In this document: positions 56,130 to 64,000 of the stretch, one piece after another | How the letters are laid out: each line of letters opens with the position of its first letter | Position numbering within the stretch: the first letter of the stretch is position 1 | Assembly (NCBI GenBank): GCA_016183365.1 | Contig: JACPES010000003.1 | Coordinates: 269,051-333,050 of the forward strand | Length of the DNA: 64,000 nucleotides | Direction of reading: 5' to 3' | Source: Candidatus Collierbacteria bacterium | GTDB taxonomy: Bacteria; Patescibacteriota; Microgenomatia; UBA1400; JACPES01 | Notes under the pieces: generated by a model | Database searches by the model: none | What the model was told of the DNA's origin: nothing | The model's input: only the letters and a program-made list of their open reading frames with translations | Program-made: the position numbers and the translations under genes

Positions 56130-58190
56130 ATGATTAAAAGACAATTATTTCAATCAATTAATCAATTAATTAATTGGAGAGAAATTAAACCATATCTGGC
56201 ATTTTCTTTTATCTGGATAATATTTTCGTACCCTTTCTTTTTTCAGGGCAGGATTCCGGCGCCGCTGGATTTTTTGGTTAATTTTTACGCGCCGTGGGAT
56301 ACCTACTATGATTCGCCGGTAAAAAATCCGAGCTTATCCGATGTGGTCGCCCAAATAATTCCATGGAAGATTTTCAATGGCCAAGAACTGCGCGCTGGCA
56401 GAATTCCCTTATGGAATCCATATAATTTGACAGGGGCACCTCATTTGGGGAATTGGCAAAGCGGGGTTTTGTATCCGACGACTTTATTGTTTCTGATTTT
56501 TCCAGATCCTATTGCTTGGTCGCTTCATGTTTTACTTCAACCTTTGCTGGCTGGAATTTTTATGATTTTATTTTTACGGCAACTAAAAATTTCCCCCCTA
56601 GCTTCACTTTTGGGAGCAATAGTTTTTGCATATGGCGGATTTATGACATCCTGGTTTGAATGGGGAACTTTGGGCCACGCTCTGCTGTGGTTGCCGCTGG
56701 CATTATACGGAATATTAAGGACGAAGGACGAAGGACGAAGGACGAAGATATCAGCGTTAACGATTTTTTCTTTAACAATGTCTCTTTTGGCGGGGCATCC
56801 ACAAACCTCGATTTACGTCATGATTGCAGTTATCGGATACTATTTATATAAGAATATAAGAAATGACAATAAGCTCTCACTGTTTCTTGTTTCTTGTTCC
56901 TTGTTTCTTATCCCCATACTTCTTGCAGCCCCCCAAGTTTTTCCTTCAATCCAAGTTTATTCGGAGTCTGCACGGAATTTGGTTGACGGCAGAAGCTGGG
57001 CTAAAGCGTTTTTGATCAAGCCTGCCGATTTTTTAACATTCCTCGCTCCGGATTTCTTCGGTAATCCTACTACCAGAAATAGTTGGAGCGATTTTTCGTA
57101 TGTGGAAATGCAAGGATATGTTGGTGTCGTGACTTTTATGTTGGCATCAGTGGCTGTTATGAACATTAAAAGGCCTGGTCCCGCGGTGGCGGGGTCTAGC
57201 CTTATCAAGTTTTTGATTTGCGGGATTGTTATCGCATTAATGCTGGCGACTAAAAATCCGATTTCGGAATTGATTATTGATTTGAATTTGCCAATTATTT
57301 CCGACAGCAGTCCGGCCAGAATCATGGGACTAATTAACTTTTCATTGGCGGTTTTGGCGGCATTTGGTCTGGATTCTTTTACAAAACTTATTAAAGAGAA
57401 AAAGACAAAATTCTTAAACTCCGGGATTTATTTTATCGCGGCTATTTTGGCCGGAATGTGGATATGGACTTTTGCGTCAACTAATCCTAATGCCCTGGTG
57501 ACCAGAAGAAACTTGATTTTTCCCTCAACCGTTTTTGCGGTCTTTAGTATGGCGTATTTTCTGATTTCAAAAATATTCGCTAATCCGCGGGTCCGGACAT
57601 TGTTTTTTGTTTTTTGTTTTTTGTTTTTTGTCTCTCTCGATCTTTTCCGCTTTCACCATAAATTTACGCCTTTTTCAGATATAAAAAATTGGTATCCGGA
57701 AGTTCCGGTTATTACTCAACTCAAATCATCTTCAGGACGAATTTTTGGGACTTTGGAGGCGAATTTAAACCTGCCGTTTAGGTTGAAATCAATTGATGGT
57801 TACGATCCCTTAATCAATCGGAATCTTGTTTTAATGACGTACGATCCACAGGCGCTGTCAACACATAACAGGATTACTTCGCCGGACTTTCCGAAGGGAA
57901 ACGCCCAAACAATTGCCAGCTTAGGTAAATTGGGAGTCAAGAGAGTTATAGATTCTGCCGTTCCCGGGGGTAATTCCTGGGATCTTCGGTTATGGGAATA
58001 CGGCGATCAGTTCCGGTTGGATTGGAAAGATGTAAAGTATCAGATACTTTACAACACGCAGGCTCAAGAATCAGAACTGGAACCGATTTCCGGAATGAAA
58101 AACGGCCAAATAAAACTATTTAACCTTGGGATATTAATTTCCAGCTCGACCGTATTTGGTATGCAAATTTGGAAAAAATATGCTAAATAA
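56130..58190 (+). CDS. YfhO-like GT-C polytopic membrane protein (paralog of 34475/59927)
   Basis: …YAPWDTYYDSPVKNPSLSDVVAQIIPW…GRIPLWNPYNLTGAPHLGNWQSGVLYP…. Contains (ACGAAGG)4, (TTTCTTG)4 and (GTTTTTT)4 heptamer arrays and a degraded palindrome at 57168..57205. Confidence 0.5.
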   Translation: MIKRQLFQSINQLINWREIKPYLAFSFIWIIFSYPFFFQGRIPAPLDFLVNFYAPWDTYYDSPVKNPSLSDVVAQIIPWKIFNGQELRAGRIPLWNPYNLTGAPHLGNWQSGVLYPTTLLFLIFPDPIAWSLHVLLQPLLAGIFMILFLRQLKISPLASLLGAIVFAYGGFMTSWFEWGTLGHALLWLPLALYGILRTKDEGRRTKISALTIFSLTMSLLAGHPQTSIYVMIAVIGYYLYKNIRNDNKLSLFLVSCSLFLIPILLAAPQVFPSIQVYSESARNLVDGRSWAKAFLIKPADFLTFLAPDFFGNPTTRNSWSDFSYVEMQGYVGVVTFMLASVAVMNIKRPGPAVAGSSLIKFLICGIVIALMLATKNPISELIIDLNLPIISDSSPARIMGLINFSLAVLAAFGLDSFTKLIKEKKTKFLNSGIYFIAAILAGMWIWTFASTNPNALVTRRNLIFPSTVFAVFSMAYFLISKIFANPRVRTLFFVFCFLFFVSLDLFRFHHKFTPFSDIKNWYPEVPVITQLKSSSGRIFGTLEANLNLPFRLKSIDGYDPLINRNLVLMTYDPQALSTHNRITSPDFPKGNAQTIASLGKLGVKRVIDSAVPGGNSWDLRLWEYGDQFRLDWKDVKYQILYNTQAQESELEPISGMKNGQIKLFNLGILISSSTVFGMQIWKKYAK

Positions 58191-58893
58191 ATTCTTTTTA
58201 CCTCCTGATGTTTTTATTCGCCACTGGTTGGTAGCGCGAGAGATTCGCAAAGGGCCTCTCCGAAGGTTATCGGGAGAATCATTATTAGATGTTGGGGGAT
58301 CGCTCGCTGAATTTCGTAAATTTATAGCCAAACTGGAAATTACCACCGCGGACGTGGTGGCGGGAGCAGACGTTGTCTATAATGGCCAAAAACTTCCGTT
58401 AGATAATGCTTCATTTGATTATGTAGTCTCGGTTGATACTTTAGAACACATCCCGCCGGAAAAAAGATTAGGTTTTGTGAATGATTTAGTTAGAGTAGCT
58501 AAACAAAGAGTTGTTATTATCGCGCCTTTTGCTTCAATGCAACATGATATATATGAGAAAAATTTAATATTGGATTTCAAGAAGAGTGAAAAAAAGATTC
58601 CGGTTTATTTAACTGAACATCGAAAACACGGTTTGATAAGTCTCGGTCAGTTAATTGAGATCGGGAAAAGTTACCCGACGGCAATTTACAGTCTAGCCGG
58701 TCTGGTTTGGCTGGATAAATTAAATTTTGCGGTCCACATGTTTGAAGTCAATCCCGGAAAAATAAACAGAGTTATTTATATTTTAAAGTTTATTTGGAAT
58801 TTGGTTATAAACCTTATATCTTCTTTAATGATTATTAATCCTGATAAAAATACGGCCAGCAGGGTAATTATCGTTATTGACAAATACAATTGA
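58180..58893 (+). CDS. Class I SAM-dependent methyltransferase
   Basis: LDVGGSLAEF (motif I-like) … VVSVDTLEHIPPEKRLGFVNDLVRVAK (motif II/III-like). ATG at 58180. Confidence 0.6.
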   Translation: MLNKFFLPPDVFIRHWLVAREIRKGPLRRLSGESLLDVGGSLAEFRKFIAKLEITTADVVAGADVVYNGQKLPLDNASFDYVVSVDTLEHIPPEKRLGFVNDLVRVAKQRVVIIAPFASMQHDIYEKNLILDFKKSEKKIPVYLTEHRKHGLISLGQLIEIGKSYPTAIYSLAGLVWLDKLNFAVHMFEVNPGKINRVIYILKFIWNLVINLISSLMIINPDKNTASRVIIVIDKYN

Positions 58894-59930
58894 AGAAAAT
58901 TTTAATCCATTCTCCATATTGGCATATCGGCGGCGGCGGAGAACGATACGCTTTGACAGCGGCGCAATGTTTAAGTCGTGAGGCTTTAGTCTCGGTGGAC
59001 GTGGGAGAAAATAACAACTTGGAAGTTCTCGGTGAAAGCTTGGGGCTAGATTTAAACCGGGTGAAAACCGTTCGAAAAATAACCGAGGTTAAGAAAATTA
59101 TAGGTTTCGATGGCATATTTTGGCTGTCAGATGGCAGTATCCCATTTCTGCCGTTTTTTTCGACTAAAGTTATTCATTTTCAAGCTCCGTTCCAAAAAGT
59201 AGATGGTAAAAACCTGAAAAACAGGTTGAAACTAATGGGGACTAAAGTGATTTGTAATTCCAAATATACTAAAGGGTTTATTGATAAAGAATTCGGGATA
59301 AATTCAATGGTGATTTATCCGCCGGTTGCGACTGACCGATTTAAACCAATGTCTAAGGACAAATTGATTTTGACAGTTGGCCGATTTAGTTCTTCTTCCC
59401 AATTTAAACGTCAGGATTTACTGATAGAGGCGTTTAAAGATTTAATCAAAAACAGAGTTAGGGGTTGGAGGATGGTTGTGGTCGGTAAAGTCGAAGATAA
59501 CCAAAGCCTTAAAATGATTTCCGACCTAAGGTCGAAAATAAAAGGTTTTCCGATAACCATTAAAACAGATTTAGATCAGGACAGATTAAGGTCTCTTTTT
59601 TGCCGGTCGGCGATATATTGGCACGCTGCAGGTTACGGAGTAAATTTGAACGATTATCCGGAACGAGCCGAGCATTTCGGCATTAGCACGGTTGAAGCTA
59701 TGGCCGCCGGAGCTATTCCGTTATCTTTCGCTGCCGGTGGTCAATTAGAAATAATTTCTAGTGGGGAGAACGGATTTTTATGGACAACTTCGCAGGAACT
59801 GATAATGCTGACAAAAAAGATAATTAATGATTCCGAATTAAAAGAGCGGATTGGTTTGGCGGCTATTAGCCGGGCCGAGAATTTTAGCCAAGACAATTTC
59901 TGTCGGAAAATTAGAGAATTGTTTAAGTGA
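58890..59930 (+). CDS. GT4 (group 1) glycosyltransferase
   Basis: C-terminal GT-B pattern …LTVGRFSSSSQFKRQDLLIEAF…FGISTVEAMAAGAIPL…. Confidence 0.72.
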   Translation: MKKILIHSPYWHIGGGGERYALTAAQCLSREALVSVDVGENNNLEVLGESLGLDLNRVKTVRKITEVKKIIGFDGIFWLSDGSIPFLPFFSTKVIHFQAPFQKVDGKNLKNRLKLMGTKVICNSKYTKGFIDKEFGINSMVIYPPVATDRFKPMSKDKLILTVGRFSSSSQFKRQDLLIEAFKDLIKNRVRGWRMVVVGKVEDNQSLKMISDLRSKIKGFPITIKTDLDQDRLRSLFCRSAIYWHAAGYGVNLNDYPERAEHFGISTVEAMAAGAIPLSFAAGGQLEIISSGENGFLWTTSQELIMLTKKIINDSELKERIGLAAISRAENFSQDNFCRKIRELFK

Positions 59931-62011
59931 AAATATTAAATTTGGTTCGAAATTTAATAGCTTATGTCATTCCAGCGATCCTTCGACAAGCTCAGGATGG
60001 TGAGCACCGTCGAACCAAAGCTGGAATCTATTTAAATAGTAGTTCCGCCAAAGGCGGAATGACAATGGTGATTTTGATTGTACTATCTTTGTCTTTTTTC
60101 TGGCCTGTATGGTTTAAGGGAAAACTGCCGATTCCGGCCGATGCTTTAGTCGGATTGTATCACCCGTTCCGAGATTATTACGCGGCTGATTTTCCGAATG
60201 GGGTCCCGTTTAAAAATTATATTTTGACTGATCCGGTATTGCAGCAGTACCCGTGGAAATGGTTAGCTATAAATCAGTTAGGGAGTATCCTTAAAGGAGT
60301 CTCCTTTAAGGATACTCCCTTGTTGGAAAATCCTTATTCTTTTGGCGGTTACGGAGCCAGTTCAATAGAAAATATTCAGGCGGGGACATTTTATCCGCTG
60401 AACATCCTTTTTTTTCTTATCAATAATTTTTCCGCGGCATGGACGGTTTTTATCATCCTTCAGTCAATCTTGGCTTCATTATTTATGTACTGGTGGCTTA
60501 AAGAAAATTCCTTAAAAAATTCGGCAGCGATTTTTGGCGGGTTAGTTTGGGCGTTTTCTTCTTTCAATTTGGTCTGGCTGGAGTGGGGGAATATTGGACA
60601 TGCCGGACTGTGGTTGCCATTGGCACTATTGTGTGTTGACAAAATGCAAAAAACAAAAAACAAAAAACAAAAAACCTGGAAATGGCATGCGATTCTGCAA
60701 TTTGTACTATCAAGCAGCCTTTTTGCCGGACATTTGCAAGTGACGCTTTATCTACTGATGGCTGTGGCGCTGTATTGGTTTATCCGGCTGGGTATTTCGA
60801 AACGATCTATTTCATTGTTTCTTGTTTTTTGTTTCTTGTTTCTTGCCCTTACGTCCATTCAATGGATTCCATCACTGAAATTTACTCTCTCATCAAATCG
60901 TGAAGTCGAGCAACAGGATGCTCTTACCCGCGAAGGGTTTTTCATTCGTCCCCATCAGTTAGTTCAAATGATAAGTCCGGATTTTTTTGGCAACCCGTCG
61001 ACTTTGAATTATCGCGGCGCTTGGAATTATGCCGAACAGGTAATTTATATCGGAATCATTCCTTTACTATTTGTTCTTTTAGGCGTTCTCACCAAAAACT
61101 CTCAAAAAAATGATGTAGATTCGATATGCTATAGCTTATCGAATCTACATCTACATAGGTTTTGTTGGTCGCTGATAATTATCGGTTTGTTGTTCGCGAC
61201 TGACAATCCGATTTCGCGTTTGCCTTATCAATTAAAGCTGCCATTAATTTCTGATCTGCAACCGACAAGATTATCTTATTTGATTACTTTCGGACTATCT
61301 TCCCTTTCGGCTTTTGGTCTCAACGAGTTTATTAAAAATCCCCGGAAATTATTCTCAAAAGTTATAACCATCGTTGTCGTCTTTACCGTTTTGCTGTTTG
61401 CCCTATTAATAATTAGCAGTAAACTTTCACCGGAAGATAAATTAATTTCCCAACGCAACTTAATATGGCCAGTAACGCTTTTGATTTTATTTTATATTTT
61501 AAGTGGATTGTTCTACTTGTTTGAGAACAAAAAACAAAAAACAAAAAACAAAAAACTTCAGCTCTTTGCTCTTTGCTCTTTGCTTTTTGTCATTTCCGAT
61601 CTCTTCCGTTTCGGCTGGAAATTTACTCCGTTCTCTCCAAAAGAATATTTGTATCCCATAACTCCTGCCATAAAATTTTTGCAAAACAATATTCGGGAAA
61701 ACGACAGATATATGACTTTAGACCGCCGCATTTTACCTCCGAATGCAAATATAATTTATGAATTGAAATCAATCGAAGGTTACGATCCAATTTATTCGAA
61801 ACAATACGCGTTGTTAATAGGAGAGATGGAATCCGGGGAAGTAGCCGATAAGCCGCAGAGTTTTGGTCGGATTATCAGGCCTATAAACTATAAATCCCCG
61901 ATTACTGCTCTTTTGGGAGTCCGTTACGCGCTTAGTCTGTCTGATCTTGAAGAGGAGAGGTGGGTTAAGGTTTTTCAAGAAGGGAAAACTAGAATCTATG
62001 AAAGACGGTAG
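59927..62011 (+). CDS. YfhO-like GT-C polytopic membrane protein (paralog of 34475/56130); start uncertain
   Basis: The ORF call uses GTG at 59927. Alternative ATGs at 60059 and 60065 lie at the end of the 59966..60063 repeat element. Carries (AAAAAAC)4 ×2, (TTTGCTC)3 and (TTTCTTG)4 arrays and a perfect 39-bp palindrome. Confidence 0.5.
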   Translation: MKILNLVRNLIAYVIPAILRQAQDGEHRRTKAGIYLNSSSAKGGMTMVILIVLSLSFFWPVWFKGKLPIPADALVGLYHPFRDYYAADFPNGVPFKNYILTDPVLQQYPWKWLAINQLGSILKGVSFKDTPLLENPYSFGGYGASSIENIQAGTFYPLNILFFLINNFSAAWTVFIILQSILASLFMYWWLKENSLKNSAAIFGGLVWAFSSFNLVWLEWGNIGHAGLWLPLALLCVDKMQKTKNKKQKTWKWHAILQFVLSSSLFAGHLQVTLYLLMAVALYWFIRLGISKRSISLFLVFCFLFLALTSIQWIPSLKFTLSSNREVEQQDALTREGFFIRPHQLVQMISPDFFGNPSTLNYRGAWNYAEQVIYIGIIPLLFVLLGVLTKNSQKNDVDSICYSLSNLHLHRFCWSLIIIGLLFATDNPISRLPYQLKLPLISDLQPTRLSYLITFGLSSLSAFGLNEFIKNPRKLFSKVITIVVVFTVLLFALLIISSKLSPEDKLISQRNLIWPVTLLILFYILSGLFYLFENKKQKTKNKKLQLFALCSLLFVISDLFRFGWKFTPFSPKEYLYPITPAIKFLQNNIRENDRYMTLDRRILPPNANIIYELKSIEGYDPIYSKQYALLIGEMESGEVADKPQSFGRIIRPINYKSPITALLGVRYALSLSDLEEERWVKVFQEGKTRIYERR
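59966..60063. repeat. Full-length GC-rich palindromic element GTCATTCCAGCGA … GGCGGAATGAC at the 5' end of a GT-C gene
   Basis: Long-range stem ATTCCAGC/GCTGGAAT plus a TTCCGCCAAAGGCGGAA hairpin. Translated in frame if the GTG start is used (…VIPAILRQAQDGEHRRTKAGIYLNSSSAKGGMTM…). Confidence 0.7.
60281..60319. repeat. Perfect 39-bp palindrome GGGAGTATCCTTAAAGGAG-T-CTCCTTTAAGGATACTCCC inside a CDS
   Basis: 19-bp arms checked by hand. Encodes GSILKGVSFKDTPL. The core AAAGGAGTCTCCTTT recurs at 52832..52846. Confidence 0.88.
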
Positions 62012-63650
62012 AAAGATTGTTTTCTTTCTATTCTTTTTTTCTCTGTTTTTGAGGGTAGTGTGGTGGGGTAAGTTTCCTCCGGGATTTACTGCAGATGAAG
62101 CGATAATGGGTTACGACGCCTATAGCTTACTTAAAACCGGAAAAGATCAATTCGGAACATCCTGGCCGCTGGCATTCAGATCGTTCGGCGACTGGCGACC
62201 GCCTTTATACATATACACGTCAATGCCGTTTGTGGCCATTTTTGGATTGACTCCATTGGCGGTTAGACTGCCATCGATGATTGCCGGATCACTGGAAATA
62301 GTTCTTATCTATCTGGTTGGAAAAGAGATTTTCTCGAGGGACACCGGACTATTTTCTGCAATTTTACTTATGCTGTCTCCATGGTCAATATTGCAAACCC
62401 GATTTGCCCAGGAAGCAAATCTTTCTACTTTAACTATATTTGCCGGAATAGCAGGTTTAATTTTTTGGATAAGAAGGAAAAAGTGGAAACATATTGTTTG
62501 TAGCGCGTTGTTTTTTGGCCTGTCATTTTATTCATACCACAACGCCAGATTAACAACGCCTCTTATTTTGCTTGGATGTTTAGTCTTAATAAAGTCAGTT
62601 AAAATTGTGTCCGGACGACAAATTGTGATTGCGGTGATAATTGGAATTTTAACAGTGTTGCCGCAATTAGTTTGGATGAAAAATAATCCGCAGACAATAT
62701 TCCGCCGCGCTTCTTCCCAAAGCGTTCTCACTGATCAGGGCATCAAAGGCTCTTTATGGAAAGATATTGTATCGATGCCGCCGGGTTATCCGGTTTGGCT
62801 GTCGAGATTACAGCACAATAAGCCGCTCTATTATGGGAGAGCGATTTTTAAAGGATATCTGTCGCATTTAGATCCGCGGTTTTTGTTTTTTTCCGGTGAT
62901 CCGCATGAACGGTTTAGAATGCCTTATTCCGGGCTCCTCAATTGGACAATGTTGTTATTTTTGCCAATCGGTTTTTTTATGGTTCTAAAACGCTGTTTTC
63001 GTTATACAGATAAATCTCTGGCGTTTTCTTTCCGCTTAATTGTTTGGTGGCTTTTGGTTGCTCCGGTTGTGGCCTCCTTATCAACCATTGTGCCAAATTC
63101 TCAACACGCCCAAGATTTAATGATTCCGCTTCATCTCATCGGCGGAATTGGCGCTGCCTTGGTTTTTGAACGGATGGCTGTTCTACAAAAATCCCTTGCC
63201 TTTTCATTGTTTTTCGTTTCTCTTTCCTTGTTTCTTTATGGTTATACGCAGATAATCCCTGTTCAAACGAAATATCTTCAGGCTTGGCATTACTATGGTA
63301 ATTTATTCGAAAAATTACGCCCATATAACCAGAGCAAAATAGTATTTTTGGGCGGGCAATACTATATCAATTTAGCATTTTATTTGAAAGTTGATCCTTT
63401 GGCGTTTCAGAAAGAAGTAAAGATTTCACAACCGGATAATTTGGCGGAATTAGATCATGTGGAATCGTTTGGCAGGTTTACCTTCACCAGAGATCGCGAT
63501 ATTCCAAACAATGTAGATATTAATACTTTTTATGTGCGATTGAATGAATTCGAAGAAGTGTTGCCCGAAGGTACTACTGTTGTTGATCGGGAAGTTTGGC
63601 CGGACGGGAAAAGAGAATATATAATTTTTCGATATAATGGGAAATCATGA
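61998..63650 (+). CDS. GT-C superfamily glycosyltransferase (PMT/ArnT family)
   Basis: …GKFPPGFTADEAIMGYDAYSLLKTGKDQFGTSWPLAFRSFGDWRPPLYIY… (PMT-type loop-1 signature). ATG at 61998 (the ORF call from 61947 overlaps the previous gene). Confidence 0.62.
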   Translation: MKDGRKIVFFLFFFSLFLRVVWWGKFPPGFTADEAIMGYDAYSLLKTGKDQFGTSWPLAFRSFGDWRPPLYIYTSMPFVAIFGLTPLAVRLPSMIAGSLEIVLIYLVGKEIFSRDTGLFSAILLMLSPWSILQTRFAQEANLSTLTIFAGIAGLIFWIRRKKWKHIVCSALFFGLSFYSYHNARLTTPLILLGCLVLIKSVKIVSGRQIVIAVIIGILTVLPQLVWMKNNPQTIFRRASSQSVLTDQGIKGSLWKDIVSMPPGYPVWLSRLQHNKPLYYGRAIFKGYLSHLDPRFLFFSGDPHERFRMPYSGLLNWTMLLFLPIGFFMVLKRCFRYTDKSLAFSFRLIVWWLLVAPVVASLSTIVPNSQHAQDLMIPLHLIGGIGAALVFERMAVLQKSLAFSLFFVSLSLFLYGYTQIIPVQTKYLQAWHYYGNLFEKLRPYNQSKIVFLGGQYYINLAFYLKVDPLAFQKEVKISQPDNLAELDHVESFGRFTFTRDRDIPNNVDINTFYVRLNEFEEVLPEGTTVVDREVWPDGKREYIIFRYNGKS

Positions 63651-64000
63651 AACGCTGGCCGATTTTTTTTCTTTTAACAATCTTATTTTTTCTTCATTTT
63701 TATAGGCTAGGAGATATACCACCCGGATTAAACAATGATGAGGCGAACATTGGTTATGAAGCATGGTCTATTGCCACCACCGGCCGCGACCAATGGGGAA
63801 ATTTTTTGCCGCTGGTATTTCAAGGCTTCGGTAACTGGAGTTTGCCGGTTTATATTTATTTAACTGCTCCATTTGTTCGGATATTAGGGCCGACGATTCT
63901 TGCGGTTCGGGCGGTTTCCGCGTTGTCATTTTTGGCGCTGGTTTTATTGGTCTATGCGATTGTCAAAAAATTCCGGCCGCAAATAGCTTTTCCGGCGGCA
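63647..64000 (+). CDS. GT-C superfamily glycosyltransferase (PMT/ArnT family), 3' end outside the window
   Basis: …GDIPPGLNNDEANIGYEAWSIATTGRDQWGNFLPLVFQGFGNWSLPVYIY…, a paralog of the preceding gene. ATGA start/stop overlap. Confidence 0.6.
   Translation, partial: MKRWPIFFLLTILFFLHFYRLGDIPPGLNNDEANIGYEAWSIATTGRDQWGNFLPLVFQGFGNWSLPVYIYLTAPFVRILGPTILAVRAVSALSFLALVLLVYAIVKKFRPQIAFPAA

Noticed and set aside
26130-61590. Considered whether the tandem-repeat arrays could be a CRISPR array
   Set aside because: Units are 7-10 nt, directly abutting with no spacers, and lie inside coding sequence. No cas genes are in the window. They are not CRISPR.

Overview
AT-rich bacterial window, probably a Candidate Phyla Radiation / Patescibacteria-type genome (inferred from gene content; standard genetic code, since TGA ends rpoC).

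Layout:
- 1-12.3 kb, housekeeping genes: rpoC 3' end, rmuC, a yerC/trpR-like gene, metG, argS.
- 13.3-14.7 kb: a tRNA-Glu / tRNA-Gln pair, each next to a small GIY-YIG gene.
- 14.7-18.3 kb: NRAMP transporter, secreted thermonuclease, prmC, uppP.
- 18.4-64 kb: a very large surface-glycosylation supercluster:
  - sugar-nucleotide genes ugd, gmd and two NAD-dependent epimerase/dehydratase genes;
  - a Wzx-like flippase and a GT4 glycosyltransferase;
  - at least 9 GT2 polyprenyl-phosphate-sugar-synthase-like genes;
  - at least 15 large polytopic GT-C-like membrane proteins (ArnT/PMT-like, YfhO-like, GT87-like and unassigned paralog pairs).
- Embedded in that cluster: a PaaX-like regulator flanked by about 82-bp direct repeats, a decaying lar cluster (larE intact; larB and larC pseudogenised; a DUF362/LarA-like gene) and a RhuM-family gene.

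Most unusual features:
- Several families of GC-rich palindromic elements, many inserted in frame inside coding sequences, including perfect 33-39 bp palindromes, analogous to Rickettsia palindromic elements.
- Numerous heptanucleotide tandem repeats inside the GT-C genes, with different repeats in the equivalent loop of two paralogs.
- A cohesin-like surface protein with an LPQAG sorting signal next to a dockerin-like gene.
- A compositionally foreign processive GT2 gene, plus a duplicated fragment of it.
- A CCGCGGCCGCGG palindrome motif repeated four times in the window.
- A gutted aminotransferase gene and a possible NUDIX remnant.

No CRISPR array or rRNA gene is present. All calls rest on reading the sequence and the ORF translations; no database search was run.
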